Below are positions 27,359 to 37,288 of a DNA stretch of 52,475 nucleotides, piece by piece. The notes under the pieces were generated by a model, which was not told where the DNA came from, did not search any database, and saw only the letters and a program-made list of their open reading frames with translations. Source of the DNA: Clostridia bacterium (lineage in GTDB: Bacteria; Bacillota; Clostridia; DUPQ01); assembly GCA_046484775.1 (NCBI GenBank), contig JAWOIG010000007.1, positions 1 to 52,475 of the forward strand, given 5' to 3'. The translations under genes were made by a program, and so were the position numbers. How positions within the stretch are numbered: the first letter of the stretch is position 1; each line of letters starts with the position of its first letter.

Positions 27359-29482
27359 ATGGAAACCCTTCCGGAGATAGTCAAGGCAATGCTCTACAAT
27401 GCCTCACTGCTGATTGTTCTGGCGGTTGTGCATGAATTCAGTTACAACCTCAGGACCAGGCGCAGGAACCTTAAGATGATTATCAGCAGCGTTTTCATAA
27501 GCTTGGTAGGAATTGCCGTTATGCTTACCACATTCAGGCTTGAAAATGGAATCGTATTCGACACGCGTTCAATTTTGATAGGAGCGACAGCCCTTGCCTT
27601 TGGATTCTGGCCGTCGGTTATTCTGGTGGCTGTTACAGTCGTGTTCAGGATGATCATGGGCGGCGGCGGGACGCTTACAGGCATTTTTGTAATAGTTTCA
27701 TCAGCTGCAATAGGTTTGTTATGGAGGAACCTGATCAAGGGGAAAAACCCCCGATATCTATATGTAAATTTTTATCTGTTCGGAATCATCATACATCTGG
27801 CCATGCTGGCATGCATGCTGCTTCTGCCAAAGGAAAGCATTGTTCCCGTCCTGAAGCAAATCTCTCTTCCCGTCATGACCATATACCCGGTCTTTACCGT
27901 CATTTTGTGTTCAATTCTTTTCCATCAGAAAGAGTTTTACGAGAACAGGGACAGGATTACCGCGTCAGAGGAACGGTACAGCGCGATGTTCAATAATGAT
28001 CATACGATAATGCTGATTATTGATCCCGGTAACGGAAGGATTGTTGACGCGAACCCTGCGGCTGAAAAATTTTACGGCTATACGAAGGACGAGCTTGTTC
28101 ATATGAACGTCAGCGACATAGACACTTTGCCCAAGGATGAGATAATGGTGAAAATGACCGAAACAGGAATGAATAAAACCAATTACTTTCTTTTGAAACA
28201 TAAGAATGCCTCCGGACAACAGGTGGATGTCGAGGTTTACAACAGCACTCTATTGATAAATGGTGAAAAGAGGATATTTTCGATTATCCATGACATATCA
28301 AGAAGGGTAAGGGCTCTGGAAGAATTATCCGAGAGCGAAAAAAGCTTCAGATACATAGTGGAGGAAGCACCTGTCGGCATCTTCATTCAGACCGAGCACA
28401 AATTTGCTTATGTCAACAAGGCTTTGCTGGAAATGTATGGGGCGGAATCATCAGAGACTTTGACAGGAACTCCGGTGTTCGACAGATTCCATACGGCTTA
28501 TCACGATATTATAAGAGCCAGGATAAAGGAACTGAATGACGGGAAAACAGCGGTTCCGCATATAGAAGAAATACATTTGAAAATGGATGGATCCCCAATT
28601 TATGTTGATGCTGCAGCGGTTCCTTTTACTTATCTGGGGAACGACGGAGCAATGGCTTTTATTCAAGACATAACAGAAAAGAAGCTCCTTGAAATTAAAA
28701 ACAAGGAAATACAGGGGCACCTTTACCAGCAGCAGAAGCTCGAGGCCATAGGAACCCTGGCCAGCGGAGTGGCTCACGAAATAAACAACCCGCTCAACGG
28801 AATCATGAATTATTCCCAGATAATAATTGACGATGATGGAAAGGGCGACAATGTCACGGCATATGCAAAAGAGATACTTGGGGAGACTGAACGCATGTCC
28901 GAGATAGTCAGAAGCCTGCTGCAGTTTTCAAGGCAGGACAAGCAAAGCCATAGCTACGCATCGGTTGAGAGTACAATCATGCAGACTGTTTCCCTTATCA
29001 AAACGATAATTAAGAGAGACCAAATAACACTCAGCATCAACATCGAGGAAGGCATCCCGAACATTAAATGCCGCAGCCAGCAGATTCAGCAGGTGCTGAT
29101 GAACCTGCTGACCAACGCCAGGGATGCGCTCAATGAAAAATATCCGGGATACGATGCCGACAAGATAATGGATATTGCATGCCGCAAGTTCGAAAGGGAT
29201 GGCCGCAGATGGGTCGGAATCTCCGTCACGGACCACGGCAACGGTATAACGAATAAGATGAAAAGCAAGATATTCGAACCTTTTTATTCCACAAAACCGA
29301 AGGATTCGGGGACAGGCCTCGGTCTGGCCATCAGCCATGGAATAGTCAAGGATCATCACGGTAATATATTGATTGACAGCAAGCCTGGTGAATTCGCCAG
29401 ATTCACGGTTGAGCTTCCCGTTGACAATGGGTGGAACTTGAATTTGAATTCGAACGGAGGAATCTCGGATGACGAACCGTAA
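27359..29482 (+). CDS. Sensor histidine kinase: 5TMR-LYT-type membrane domain, two PAS domains, HisKA and HATPase
   Basis: LytS-like N-terminal TM block, PAS (YSAMFNNDHTIMLIIDP.. and FRYIVEEAPVGIF..), H-box SGVAHEINNPL, N-box LLTNARDA, and G-boxes DHGNGI / GTGLGL. The ATG at 27359 follows AGGAGG. Confidence 0.85.
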   Translation: METLPEIVKAMLYNASLLIVLAVVHEFSYNLRTRRRNLKMIISSVFISLVGIAVMLTTFRLENGIVFDTRSILIGATALAFGFWPSVILVAVTVVFRMIMGGGGTLTGIFVIVSSAAIGLLWRNLIKGKNPRYLYVNFYLFGIIIHLAMLACMLLLPKESIVPVLKQISLPVMTIYPVFTVILCSILFHQKEFYENRDRITASEERYSAMFNNDHTIMLIIDPGNGRIVDANPAAEKFYGYTKDELVHMNVSDIDTLPKDEIMVKMTETGMNKTNYFLLKHKNASGQQVDVEVYNSTLLINGEKRIFSIIHDISRRVRALEELSESEKSFRYIVEEAPVGIFIQTEHKFAYVNKALLEMYGAESSETLTGTPVFDRFHTAYHDIIRARIKELNDGKTAVPHIEEIHLKMDGSPIYVDAAAVPFTYLGNDGAMAFIQDITEKKLLEIKNKEIQGHLYQQQKLEAIGTLASGVAHEINNPLNGIMNYSQIIIDDDGKGDNVTAYAKEILGETERMSEIVRSLLQFSRQDKQSHSYASVESTIMQTVSLIKTIIKRDQITLSINIEEGIPNIKCRSQQIQQVLMNLLTNARDALNEKYPGYDADKIMDIACRKFERDGRRWVGISVTDHGNGITNKMKSKIFEPFYSTKPKDSGTGLGLAISHGIVKDHHGNILIDSKPGEFARFTVELPVDNGWNLNLNSNGGISDDEP

Positions 29483-29520
29483 TTCTATCATTCCGTGCAA
29501 ATGAAATTCATTCTTAAAAC

Positions 29521-29542
29521 AATGCGCCCGCCGGGGCGCATT
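29521..29542 (+). terminator. Hairpin terminator after the histidine kinase gene
   Basis: 9-bp stem AATGCGCCC / GGGCGCATT with loop GCCG. The downstream T-tract is weak. Confidence 0.5.
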
Positions 29543-29543
29543 A

Positions 29544-29552
29544 TGTTATAAT
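29544..29552 (+). promoter_or_regulatory. Extended -10 element (TGTTATAAT) immediately upstream of ftsQ
   Basis: TGnTATAAT ends 6 nt before the ATG at 29559. There is no Shine-Dalgarno sequence in between. Confidence 0.35.
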
Positions 29553-29558
29553 CCCATT

Positions 29559-30320
29559 ATGAAATCACCCAAAAGACTTTTCTGGCTAATACCTTTCATA
29601 ATCCTTTTCATTGTGCTGGCTATACCATTGCTTCCTGTCTACAATATCAAGGAAATTGAAGTCAGGAGCGAGTTTTCCGAAATGGCGGTTGAGATAGCCA
29701 AGGCATCCGGATTGAAGACAGGCTCCAATATTTTTATTTCGCTTTTGACAAAAGGCAATATATTTACGATGAGATTAACGGAGGCGGAACAAAATATAAC
29801 GGAAAAATTCATGCATTTCAGTAATATATCCGTCAGTGCGGAGCTGCCGGCACGTGTCCTGATCGAATACAGCACAAAAGAGCAGGCATTCGAAATAGAA
29901 TATGGCGGGATATACCTTGTAACGGATATCAATGGATGTGTCCTTGAAACACGCGCTTCACACGAGCTGGGGTTTGTTAGAATAACCGGTATGGATATCG
30001 ATGGATTCGCAATGGGATGCGTAGTCGGGAATTCTGATGGAAAGTTCGAAGATCTCGCGGAAATATACGAGAGCATGAAGTGGTATGACGAGATTAACCT
30101 TACGGCCTTCAGAGAGTACATCGAATGGATAGACATATCAAACAATGCATATATTGCGATGATGTACGACGGAAGGATACTGGTCAAGCTAGATTATGAC
30201 GAGGATATCTGGTATCAGACGGCCTATATGTGTAAGATTTTATCGCAGCAGATAGGCTCGTCGGAGGAAGGCGTTTTGGATTTCACAGCAGGTGAAAACC
30301 CTGTATTTTCGCCTGACTGA
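29559..30320 (+). CDS. ftsQ: Cell division protein FtsQ/DivIB (POTRA-containing)
   Basis: Short cytoplasmic N-terminus, one TM segment, and a POTRA-like IKEIEVRSE start. It lies directly upstream of ftsZ. Confidence 0.7.
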   Translation: MKSPKRLFWLIPFIILFIVLAIPLLPVYNIKEIEVRSEFSEMAVEIAKASGLKTGSNIFISLLTKGNIFTMRLTEAEQNITEKFMHFSNISVSAELPARVLIEYSTKEQAFEIEYGGIYLVTDINGCVLETRASHELGFVRITGMDIDGFAMGCVVGNSDGKFEDLAEIYESMKWYDEINLTAFREYIEWIDISNNAYIAMMYDGRILVKLDYDEDIWYQTAYMCKILSQQIGSSEEGVLDFTAGENPVFSPD

Positions 30321-30411
30321 GCAATTGCGGGAGAATTTTAACTATATACTTTTTGATATTATTTATATATAATTGATTTGTTATTTTCCGGATTAAGAAA
30401 GGGGAGGCGGC

Positions 30412-31602
30412 ATGCTGCAGTTTGATATAGATATGGAGCAATTTGCGCAGATCAAGGTTGTGGGAGTCGGTGGAGCAGGTAACAATGCTGTCAACAGGAT
30501 GATCAGCTCGGGACTAAAGGGAGTGGAGTTCATAGCAGTCAACACTGATAAGCAAGCCCTGCTTATGTCCAAGGCAACCACCAAGATTCAAATTGGGGAA
30601 AAGCTTACAAAAGGGCTTGGAGCGGGATCCATCCCCGAAATCGGTGAAAGAAGCGCGGAGGAAAGCAAGGATGAGATTGCCGCTACACTAAAAGGAGCCG
30701 ATATGGTTTTCGTTACCGCCGGCATGGGCGGGGGAACGGGGACGGGAGCGGTTCCCATAATAACCCAGGTTGCAAGGGAAATGGGGATACTCGCAGTCTG
30801 TGTTGTCACAAAGCCGTTTACATTCGAAGGAAAGAAAAGAAGTGAAAATGCCAAGAGGGGTATCGAGAAGCTTAAGGATACGATAGACACCCTTGTTATA
30901 ATACCGAACGACAGGCTTCTTCAGCTTGCCGACAAGAAGTCATCAATAATCGACGCATTTATAATGGCGGACGATGTTCTTCGCCTTGGGGTTCAGAGTA
31001 TTTCCGACCTGATAGCGGTACCGGGATTGATAAATCTTGACTTTGCCGATGTGAAGACCGTGATGACTGATGCCGGGCTCGCCCATATGGGAATAGGTCG
31101 GGCGTCGGGCGAGGACAGATGTTCCGAGGCTGCGAAACAGGCCATACACAGCCCGCTGCTGGAAACATCGATAGACGGAGCAAAGAAAGTCTTGATAAAT
31201 ATAACCGGCGGACCCGACCTGGGTCTTCTTGAGGTCGATGCGGCTGCCAATATGATTTATGAAGCCGCAGATCCCAATGCCAACATCATATGGGGTGCAG
31301 CCATAGATGAAAATATGGGCGATGAAGTAATGGTGACGGTAATAGCCACCGGATTCGACGGTTCGATGCCTATAAGGACTTCGAAGTATATTGAAAAGCT
31401 GTACAAAAAAGACAAGACGGACGAAGCTGCCGAGTCGGCTCCCGAAGCCGGGGAGTATGCCGAAACGGAAAATGAAGGATACGGGGATTCCGAAGAATCT
31501 TATGAGGATGAAACTCCGTACGAAGAAGAAATTGAGATTTTGGAGGAAGAGGATGACGATGACAAAGGCATCAACATTCCCAATTTCCTCAGGAAATTAT
31601 AA
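30412..31602 (+). CDS. ftsZ: Cell division protein FtsZ
   Basis: [17 protein letters not shown], the tubulin signature GGGTGTG, and NLDFADV. It has a long acidic linker and a C-terminal [14 protein letters not shown] peptide. Confidence 0.97.
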   Translation: MLQFDIDMEQFAQIKVVGVGGAGNNAVNRMISSGLKGVEFIAVNTDKQALLMSKATTKIQIGEKLTKGLGAGSIPEIGERSAEESKDEIAATLKGADMVFVTAGMGGGTGTGAVPIITQVAREMGILAVCVVTKPFTFEGKKRSENAKRGIEKLKDTIDTLVIIPNDRLLQLADKKSSIIDAFIMADDVLRLGVQSISDLIAVPGLINLDFADVKTVMTDAGLAHMGIGRASGEDRCSEAAKQAIHSPLLETSIDGAKKVLINITGGPDLGLLEVDAAANMIYEAADPNANIIWGAAIDENMGDEVMVTVIATGFDGSMPIRTSKYIEKLYKKDKTDEAAESAPEAGEYAETENEGYGDSEESYEDETPYEEEIEILEEEDDDDKGINIPNFLRKL

Positions 31603-31607
31603 AGGAC

Positions 31608-31630
31608 AGCCGCTTTTAGAAGCGGCTTTT
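31608..31630 (+). terminator. Terminator or attenuating hairpin after ftsZ
   Basis: AGCCGCTT / AAGCGGCT stem with loop TTAG, followed by TTTC. Confidence 0.55.
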
Positions 31631-31650
31631 CAGATTATTGGAGGCAAGGG

Positions 31651-32106
31651 ATGAAATGCCCGTTCTGCGGATTTGAAGTGGACAAAGTAATAGATTCAAG
31701 GCCGACCGAGGAAGGTTACGCAATCAGGAGAAGGCGGGAATGCCTTGAGTGCAGGCAACGATTCACGACCTATGAGAACATCGAAAGAAAACCTCTGATG
31801 GTTATCAAAAAGGATAATTCAAGACAGGTCTTCGATTCATCCAAGCTTCTCAACCGACTGCTCATCGCCTGTGCAAAAAGACCTGTTTCAATTGCTGTTC
31901 TGGAGCAGATAGTATCCGATATGGAGGCTTCTTTTTATAAAGAGTATCTAAGGGAAGTGTCTTCTGCCGATATTGGCGATGAAGTTATGAAGCGCCTTAA
32001 GGAAATAGACGAGGTTGCATATGTCAGATTTGCATCCGTTTACAAAGATTTCAACGATATTGATACCTTCACTAAGGAAATAAGGAAAATAAAAAAAGAA
32101 AGATAA
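31651..32106 (+). CDS. nrdR: Transcriptional repressor NrdR
   Basis: MKCPFCG...V.DSRP and a second CxxC (zinc ribbon), followed by an ATP-cone. Confidence 0.95.
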   Translation: MKCPFCGFEVDKVIDSRPTEEGYAIRRRRECLECRQRFTTYENIERKPLMVIKKDNSRQVFDSSKLLNRLLIACAKRPVSIAVLEQIVSDMEASFYKEYLREVSSADIGDEVMKRLKEIDEVAYVRFASVYKDFNDIDTFTKEIRKIKKER

Positions 32107-32126
32107 ACCTAGTGCACCGGATGGAA

Positions 32127-33206
32127 ATGAACAGCAGGGAAAGATTGTTGAATTCAATAAAGGGTTATGAGACGGACCGCATTGCCTGGTCCCCTTTTTT
32201 GCCATACTATTGGGAGTCGCTGCCGGAATCAGTCAGAAAATCAGGGATGTTGGAGTTTTACAAAAGCATAGGTGCCGATCCGCTTTTCAGAGGATACTGC
32301 ACGCTAATAAAAAAAGAGTATAAATACAGCAGCATAAGCGAAAAGACGGAAGGTAAATGCAGGCAGGTGCTTATCGAAACACCGGTAGGCAGTCTTGAAT
32401 TCCTTTATTCTTACTCCGAACAGGGAGATACATGGTTTTTGACGGGCCATCCTATCAAATGTGAGGAAGACTACAAGATACTGACATATCTGAACGAGGA
32501 TATGATAATAAAACCTGATTTTTCCAGATATGAGGCAGGGATGCAGGCAATGGGAAAAGAGGCCCTGCTGATTCCGATAATCGGGTCCGAGATGAAAAGC
32601 TCATATCAATCCCTGCTCGAAAACTGGGCGGGAACGGTCGAAGCTACATACGCGGTGTACGATTTCCCTGAAACCCTCGGCGAGTGCCTTTATGCAATGA
32701 AACAAAATTCAAGGAAGGCGGTTGAAATAGCCGTTCAGTGCGGAGCTGAAGCCTATATATTCTGGGAAGACAGCTCGACCGGAAACATAAGCCCGGACTT
32801 TTTCAGACTTTATGTGGCCGATGAAATATCCGGATGGGCCGATATACTGCACAGGGAGGGCAAATATCTCATACATCATGCCTGCGGGCAATTGAGGAAT
32901 CTGCTTCCCGAGATGGCAAAGACGGGAATCGATGTCATTGAGTCCATGTCGCCGCCTCCGACAGGCGACATATATACATATGAAGCAAGGGCGTTGCTTC
33001 CTGATAATATCGGGCTGATAGGCGGCATAGAGCCAACGGTTCTGTTGAACTACAATATGGAGGATCTGGCTGAATATGTTCGGGAAATAATAGAAAAGAC
33101 AGGGAAACACAGATTTATACTTGGCAATGCCGATTCATGCCCGCCGGGGGTGGAAAAAGAAAAATTCGTCATGATATCGGAAATCGTTAAAAATTCATGG
33201 AGGTAA
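32127..33206 (+). CDS. Uroporphyrinogen decarboxylase (URO-D) family protein, not classical HemE
   Basis: The MNSRERLLNSIKGYETDRIAWSPF N-terminus parallels the two paralogues at 49955 and 51186. The start was chosen by that alignment (ORF-track GTG is at 32112). Confidence 0.65.
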   Translation: MNSRERLLNSIKGYETDRIAWSPFLPYYWESLPESVRKSGMLEFYKSIGADPLFRGYCTLIKKEYKYSSISEKTEGKCRQVLIETPVGSLEFLYSYSEQGDTWFLTGHPIKCEEDYKILTYLNEDMIIKPDFSRYEAGMQAMGKEALLIPIIGSEMKSSYQSLLENWAGTVEATYAVYDFPETLGECLYAMKQNSRKAVEIAVQCGAEAYIFWEDSSTGNISPDFFRLYVADEISGWADILHREGKYLIHHACGQLRNLLPEMAKTGIDVIESMSPPPTGDIYTYEARALLPDNIGLIGGIEPTVLLNYNMEDLAEYVREIIEKTGKHRFILGNADSCPPGVEKEKFVMISEIVKNSWR

Positions 33207-33207
33207 T

Positions 33208-33693
33208 ATGGAAATCAGAGAAACGAAAAAAGGGGATCTTCCGACAATGCTCGGGATATATAACTATTATATTGAAAATTCAACGGCTACATTTCACTTG
33301 CGAAAACTTGAATTGGAGGAGTTTTCATCGGCGTTTTGGTTTTCAGGAGCGAAATCCGGCACATATACGGTGATTGATGAAGATAGAGTAATAGGATACT
33401 GCACACTGGGTCCCTTCAACAGCAAGGAAGCATATGATAGATCCGCATACGTTTCCATATACCTTGAAAATGAAAGCACAGGCCGGGGCCACGGAACGGA
33501 AATTTTGGATTTCCTTGAGAAAAAGGCAGCGGAAAAGAAAGTGCATTCCCTGATTGCATTGATTTGCAGCGAGAATAAAAGGAGTATGGACCTGTTTATA
33601 CGAAAAGGATATAGACTGGCGGGGGAATTGAAACAGGCCGGAGAAAAATTCGGCAGGCTTTTGGATGTTGTCTATTTTCAGAAACTGGTATGA
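33208..33693 (+). CDS. GNAT-family N-acetyltransferase (phosphinothricin-acetyltransferase-like)
   Basis: YYIENSTATF, the acetyl-CoA loop RGHGTEIL, and a tail typical of PAT-like GNATs. GGAGG lies upstream. Confidence 0.75.
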   Translation: MEIRETKKGDLPTMLGIYNYYIENSTATFHLRKLELEEFSSAFWFSGAKSGTYTVIDEDRVIGYCTLGPFNSKEAYDRSAYVSIYLENESTGRGHGTEILDFLEKKAAEKKVHSLIALICSENKRSMDLFIRKGYRLAGELKQAGEKFGRLLDVVYFQKLV

Positions 33694-33793
33694 AGACAAT
33701 GCACCGGACATAATGCCCTGAGGAACGGCTGCTTTGAAAATGGACGATGCGATATGGTATAATGTCTCACATACGATTATCGGGGGAAAAAAT

Positions 33794-35185
33794 ATGTTGG
33801 TTACAGTCAGGGAGTTATATAAAAGCGCCGGAAATTATACGGCTGGATCCGTATTGATAAAAGGCTGGGTAAGAACAGTAAGAAGCTCAAAGAACTTTGG
33901 TTTCATAGAACTGAACGATGGATCGTATTTCCACAATCTTCAGATAGTTTTCGAGGAAGAAAGAATTGACAATTTTACAGAGGCGGAAAAGCTCACTGTG
34001 GGATCGTCCATAGAAGTGGAAGGAATTCTGGAGCTGACGCCGGGCGCACGACAGCCGTTTGAAATTAAAGCGGATAAAATCAAGGTATCGGGACTCAGCG
34101 ACAGGGAGTATCCGCTTCAGAAAAAAAGGCATACTTTTGAGTACCTGAGGAGCATTGCGCACCTAAGGCCCCGATCAAACACGTTTTCCGCAGTTTTCAG
34201 AGTCAGGTCCGTCCTTGCACATGCCGTTCATGAATTCTTCAGGCAAAAAGGATTTGTTTATGTCCATACACCGATTATCACGGGAAGCGACTGTGAGGGA
34301 GCGGGGGAAATGTTCAGGGTCACGACTCTTGACGTAAAGAATCCGCCTCTCGATGACAATGGGAGTATAGATTATTCACAGGATTTTTTCGGGAGGGAAA
34401 CGAATCTGACCGTAAGCGGACAACTTGCAGCAGAGACTTTCTGCATGGCTTTCGGCAAGGTTTATACCTTTGGCCCAACATTCAGGGCTGAGAATTCCAA
34501 CACGGCCAGGCATGCGTCAGAATTCTGGATGATCGAACCCGAGATGGCATTCTGCAATCTGGAAGGCGATATGGACATGGCGGAGGAAATGATAAAGTTC
34601 CTGATCGCATATGTGCTTGAGAATGCTCCGGAGGAAATGGATTTCTTCAACAAGTTCATCGAGAATGGCTTGTTTGACAAACTCGCAAATGTAACGGGGT
34701 CGGAATTCGCAAGGATAACATATGCGGAAGCAATCGAAATATTGAAAAGCAGCGGGACAACCTTTGAGAATGCCGTGGAATGGGGTTGTGATCTGCAGAC
34801 GGAACATGAAAGATATCTTACTGAAACACACTTTAAAAAGCCGGTTTTTGTTAAAGACTATCCCAGGGATATCAAAGCGTTTTACATGAGGCAGAATGAT
34901 GATGGCAAAACAGTAGCAGCCGTTGACCTGCTGGTGCCCGGCGTCGGGGAAATAATCGGAGGAAGCCAGCGCGAGGAAAGGTACGAAGTGCTTGAGGCGA
35001 GGATCAGGGAGATGGGTATGAAAACCGAGGATTACTGGTGGTATCTTGATTTGCGTAAATACGGCGGTGTCGAACATGCGGGATTCGGTCTGGGCTTTGA
35101 AAGAGTTCTTATGTATATAACCGGAATGGGCAATATAAGGGATGTCATACCATTCCCGAGGGTGCCCAGACATGCAGAATTTTAG
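33794..35185 (+). CDS. asnS: Asparagine--tRNA ligase
   Basis: Class IIb OB N-domain ([21 protein letters not shown]), motif 2 [21 protein letters not shown], and motif 3 GFGLGFERV. The 463-aa length fits AsnRS. Confidence 0.93.
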   Translation: MLVTVRELYKSAGNYTAGSVLIKGWVRTVRSSKNFGFIELNDGSYFHNLQIVFEEERIDNFTEAEKLTVGSSIEVEGILELTPGARQPFEIKADKIKVSGLSDREYPLQKKRHTFEYLRSIAHLRPRSNTFSAVFRVRSVLAHAVHEFFRQKGFVYVHTPIITGSDCEGAGEMFRVTTLDVKNPPLDDNGSIDYSQDFFGRETNLTVSGQLAAETFCMAFGKVYTFGPTFRAENSNTARHASEFWMIEPEMAFCNLEGDMDMAEEMIKFLIAYVLENAPEEMDFFNKFIENGLFDKLANVTGSEFARITYAEAIEILKSSGTTFENAVEWGCDLQTEHERYLTETHFKKPVFVKDYPRDIKAFYMRQNDDGKTVAAVDLLVPGVGEIIGGSQREERYEVLEARIREMGMKTEDYWWYLDLRKYGGVEHAGFGLGFERVLMYITGMGNIRDVIPFPRVPRHAEF

Positions 35186-35194
35186 GAGGCGGGA

Positions 35195-35515
35195 ATGGAA
35201 GACGAAGTAAAAGTTCCTGATGGAAATATCGAGATATCGGAAGCGGTCATTATGACCTATGTTGAGAAAACAATCGGGGAATTCAACGGATTATCCATCG
35301 GAAAAAAGAAGAAGTCCATAAAAATCACAAGGAGCGAGGGCGGGAGCACAATAGACATAGGCCTCGATGTTAATTATGGTGTTGCAATACCTGAAACCGT
35401 CAGAGAACTTCAACGGGAAATCAAGGAACGGTTGATGAAGCTTGCGGGAATGCAGGTGAAGGAAGTGAATGTGATTGTCGAAGGGCTGAACATCGAAGAG
35501 CTTATAAAGAAGTGA
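35195..35515 (+). CDS. Asp23/Gls24-family envelope stress protein
   Basis: GNIEISEAVIMTYVEKTIGEFNGL... and VKEVNVIVEGL, typical of Asp23. Confidence 0.75.
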   Translation: MEDEVKVPDGNIEISEAVIMTYVEKTIGEFNGLSIGKKKKSIKITRSEGGSTIDIGLDVNYGVAIPETVRELQREIKERLMKLAGMQVKEVNVIVEGLNIEELIKK

Positions 35516-35527
35516 GAAAAGGCAAAG

Positions 35528-36571
35528 ATGAAAAAGATCGTTCTTAACTCGGTGATAATCATTATAACCGGCATAGCGCTGGTTGTTCTTGTGTTCTTTA
35601 CCGACGGGGTTCAGAGCTTGTTCGAACTTATAGTCAGGACCAATTATTACTGGCTTTTCGGAGCTTTTTTATGCAATGTGCTCTTTTGGGTTTTCGGAGC
35701 CCTTACCGTAGGAATGCTTAAAAGGGGAATCATAGGTAAAAAGAAAGATCCGGGTCAAAATTTCAAGATAGTCATGGTCGGACAATTCTTCAGCTCCATA
35801 ACGCCTTTTCAAACCGGAGGTCAGCCTGCACAAGTTTATATGCTTAGCAAAATGGGTGTTAACGCAGGGACTGGATCAAGCATAATTATCTTGAAGTCAG
35901 TTCTTTTCCAGACAGTGCTTTTTGTCTACTGCATGATCCTTTACATTACCAACAGGCAATTCCTTATTCTAAACATTCCAAACTTCAATCTGCTGTTCAT
36001 AATTGGAGTAACCGCGAACTTATCGCTAATAGGACTTTATTCCTTGTTTCTTTTTAAATCAGACATGGCGTCCAAAGCGGTCGCGGTATTTTTTCAACTG
36101 TTGCATTTTTTCAAGATCATGAAGGAGCCACAAGAAAAGTTCATGGAAGTACAGGAATCGCTTCAGGCGTTCAGAGACGGCCTCGGTGTTCTTGTCCGCA
36201 GGTTCTGGTATATAGTAGGCGCATATGCAATGCAAATATTGCAGCAGGCTTTCCTGTTTCTAGTGCCGGTGTTGATGATAAAGGCGTTGGAGGGAGTGTT
36301 TTTCTTTTCATGGGAGCTCTTCGTAAGCACTGCCATGGTCGTAATGATTGCATCCATGGTGCCGACTCCGGGAACTTCCGGTGGGTCGGAGGGACTCAGC
36401 CTGTTGTTCATTGCTCCGTTTTTCTTTAATTCGCCGAAAATGTCGGTTGTTCTGATCTGGAGGATACTTACATACTATTCAAATATAATTTTCGGTGGTG
36501 TTTTTTGCCTGATGGTAAAGGAAAAACCCTTGGTTTCAGGACAGACTTCGGAGGAACGGCTTGAAATATAA
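35528..36571 (+). CDS. Flippase-like membrane protein (LPG-synthase TM / UPF0104 family)
   Basis: About 8 TM segments. The GQFFSSITPFQTGGQPAQ and MVPTPGTSGGSEG motifs are characteristic of this family. Confidence 0.7.
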   Translation: MKKIVLNSVIIIITGIALVVLVFFTDGVQSLFELIVRTNYYWLFGAFLCNVLFWVFGALTVGMLKRGIIGKKKDPGQNFKIVMVGQFFSSITPFQTGGQPAQVYMLSKMGVNAGTGSSIIILKSVLFQTVLFVYCMILYITNRQFLILNIPNFNLLFIIGVTANLSLIGLYSLFLFKSDMASKAVAVFFQLLHFFKIMKEPQEKFMEVQESLQAFRDGLGVLVRRFWYIVGAYAMQILQQAFLFLVPVLMIKALEGVFFFSWELFVSTAMVVMIASMVPTPGTSGGSEGLSLLFIAPFFFNSPKMSVVLIWRILTYYSNIIFGGVFCLMVKEKPLVSGQTSEERLEI

Positions 36572-37286
36572 ACTCATATGCTGCGATGTCCTGGAGATGG
36601 AAGCTTCGCTCTGCATTAAAAAGTCGGATGCCGTAATTGATGTTGAATATACTGAAAAGGCCGCCCATGAAAAACCGCATGACCTCAGGGATCGAATTCA
36701 GGCAGCAATCGACAGAGCAACCGGGTATGACGCTGTTTTGCTTGGCTTTGGCTTGTGTGGAAATTCGCTTGACGGATTGAAAGCGGGGGACAGTCCGGTT
36801 GTTGCACCCAGGGCGCACGACTGCTGTACAATATTCCTTGGATCCAGGCAGAGGTTCAACCAACTCTTTTCAGGCAGGGAGAGTATGTCATGGGGTTGCA
36901 CCGGCTATTGCAGAAAGGATGGGGATTATCTGCGCAAAAGCGACACGGGTAAGCAGATGGGCCTTGACAGGACCTATGATGAATTTGTGGATGAATACGG
37001 GGAGGAAAATGCAAGATTCATCTGGGAGACAATTCATCCGCAAAATGATGCTGATGAGGTTTTATTCATAAACATACCGGAAACCTATGATCCGGCGGTA
37101 TACATGGATTTTGAACGCGAAATGGGAATGGCAGGGAAAAAAATCAACATAGAAAAAGGCAGCATGGAACTAATCATGAAAATGACCGACGGGAAATGGG
37201 ATGATGACTTCATTGTCATACCCCCCGGAAACGGTATAGCCGCTGTGTATGACAAAGAGGAAATACTGAGAAAAAAGGATTTATAA
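36561..37286 (+). CDS. DUF1638-like protein
   Basis: MKYKLICCDVLEMEA..., GFGLCGN and HDCCTIFLGS Cys-rich pattern recalled from DUF1638. TTG start 5 nt after GGAGGA. It overlaps the upstream gene by 11 nt. Confidence 0.5.
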   Translation: MKYKLICCDVLEMEASLCIKKSDAVIDVEYTEKAAHEKPHDLRDRIQAAIDRATGYDAVLLGFGLCGNSLDGLKAGDSPVVAPRAHDCCTIFLGSRQRFNQLFSGRESMSWGCTGYCRKDGDYLRKSDTGKQMGLDRTYDEFVDEYGEENARFIWETIHPQNDADEVLFINIPETYDPAVYMDFEREMGMAGKKINIEKGSMELIMKMTDGKWDDDFIVIPPGNGIAAVYDKEEILRKKDL

Positions 37287-37288
37287 AA

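Noticed and set aside
32127-33206. Annotating the three URO-D-family genes as hemE (uroporphyrinogen decarboxylase)
   Set aside because: No haem or sirohaem pathway neighbours are present, there are three divergent paralogues, and the similarity is only fold-level. A specific enzymatic name is not justified from sequence inspection alone.
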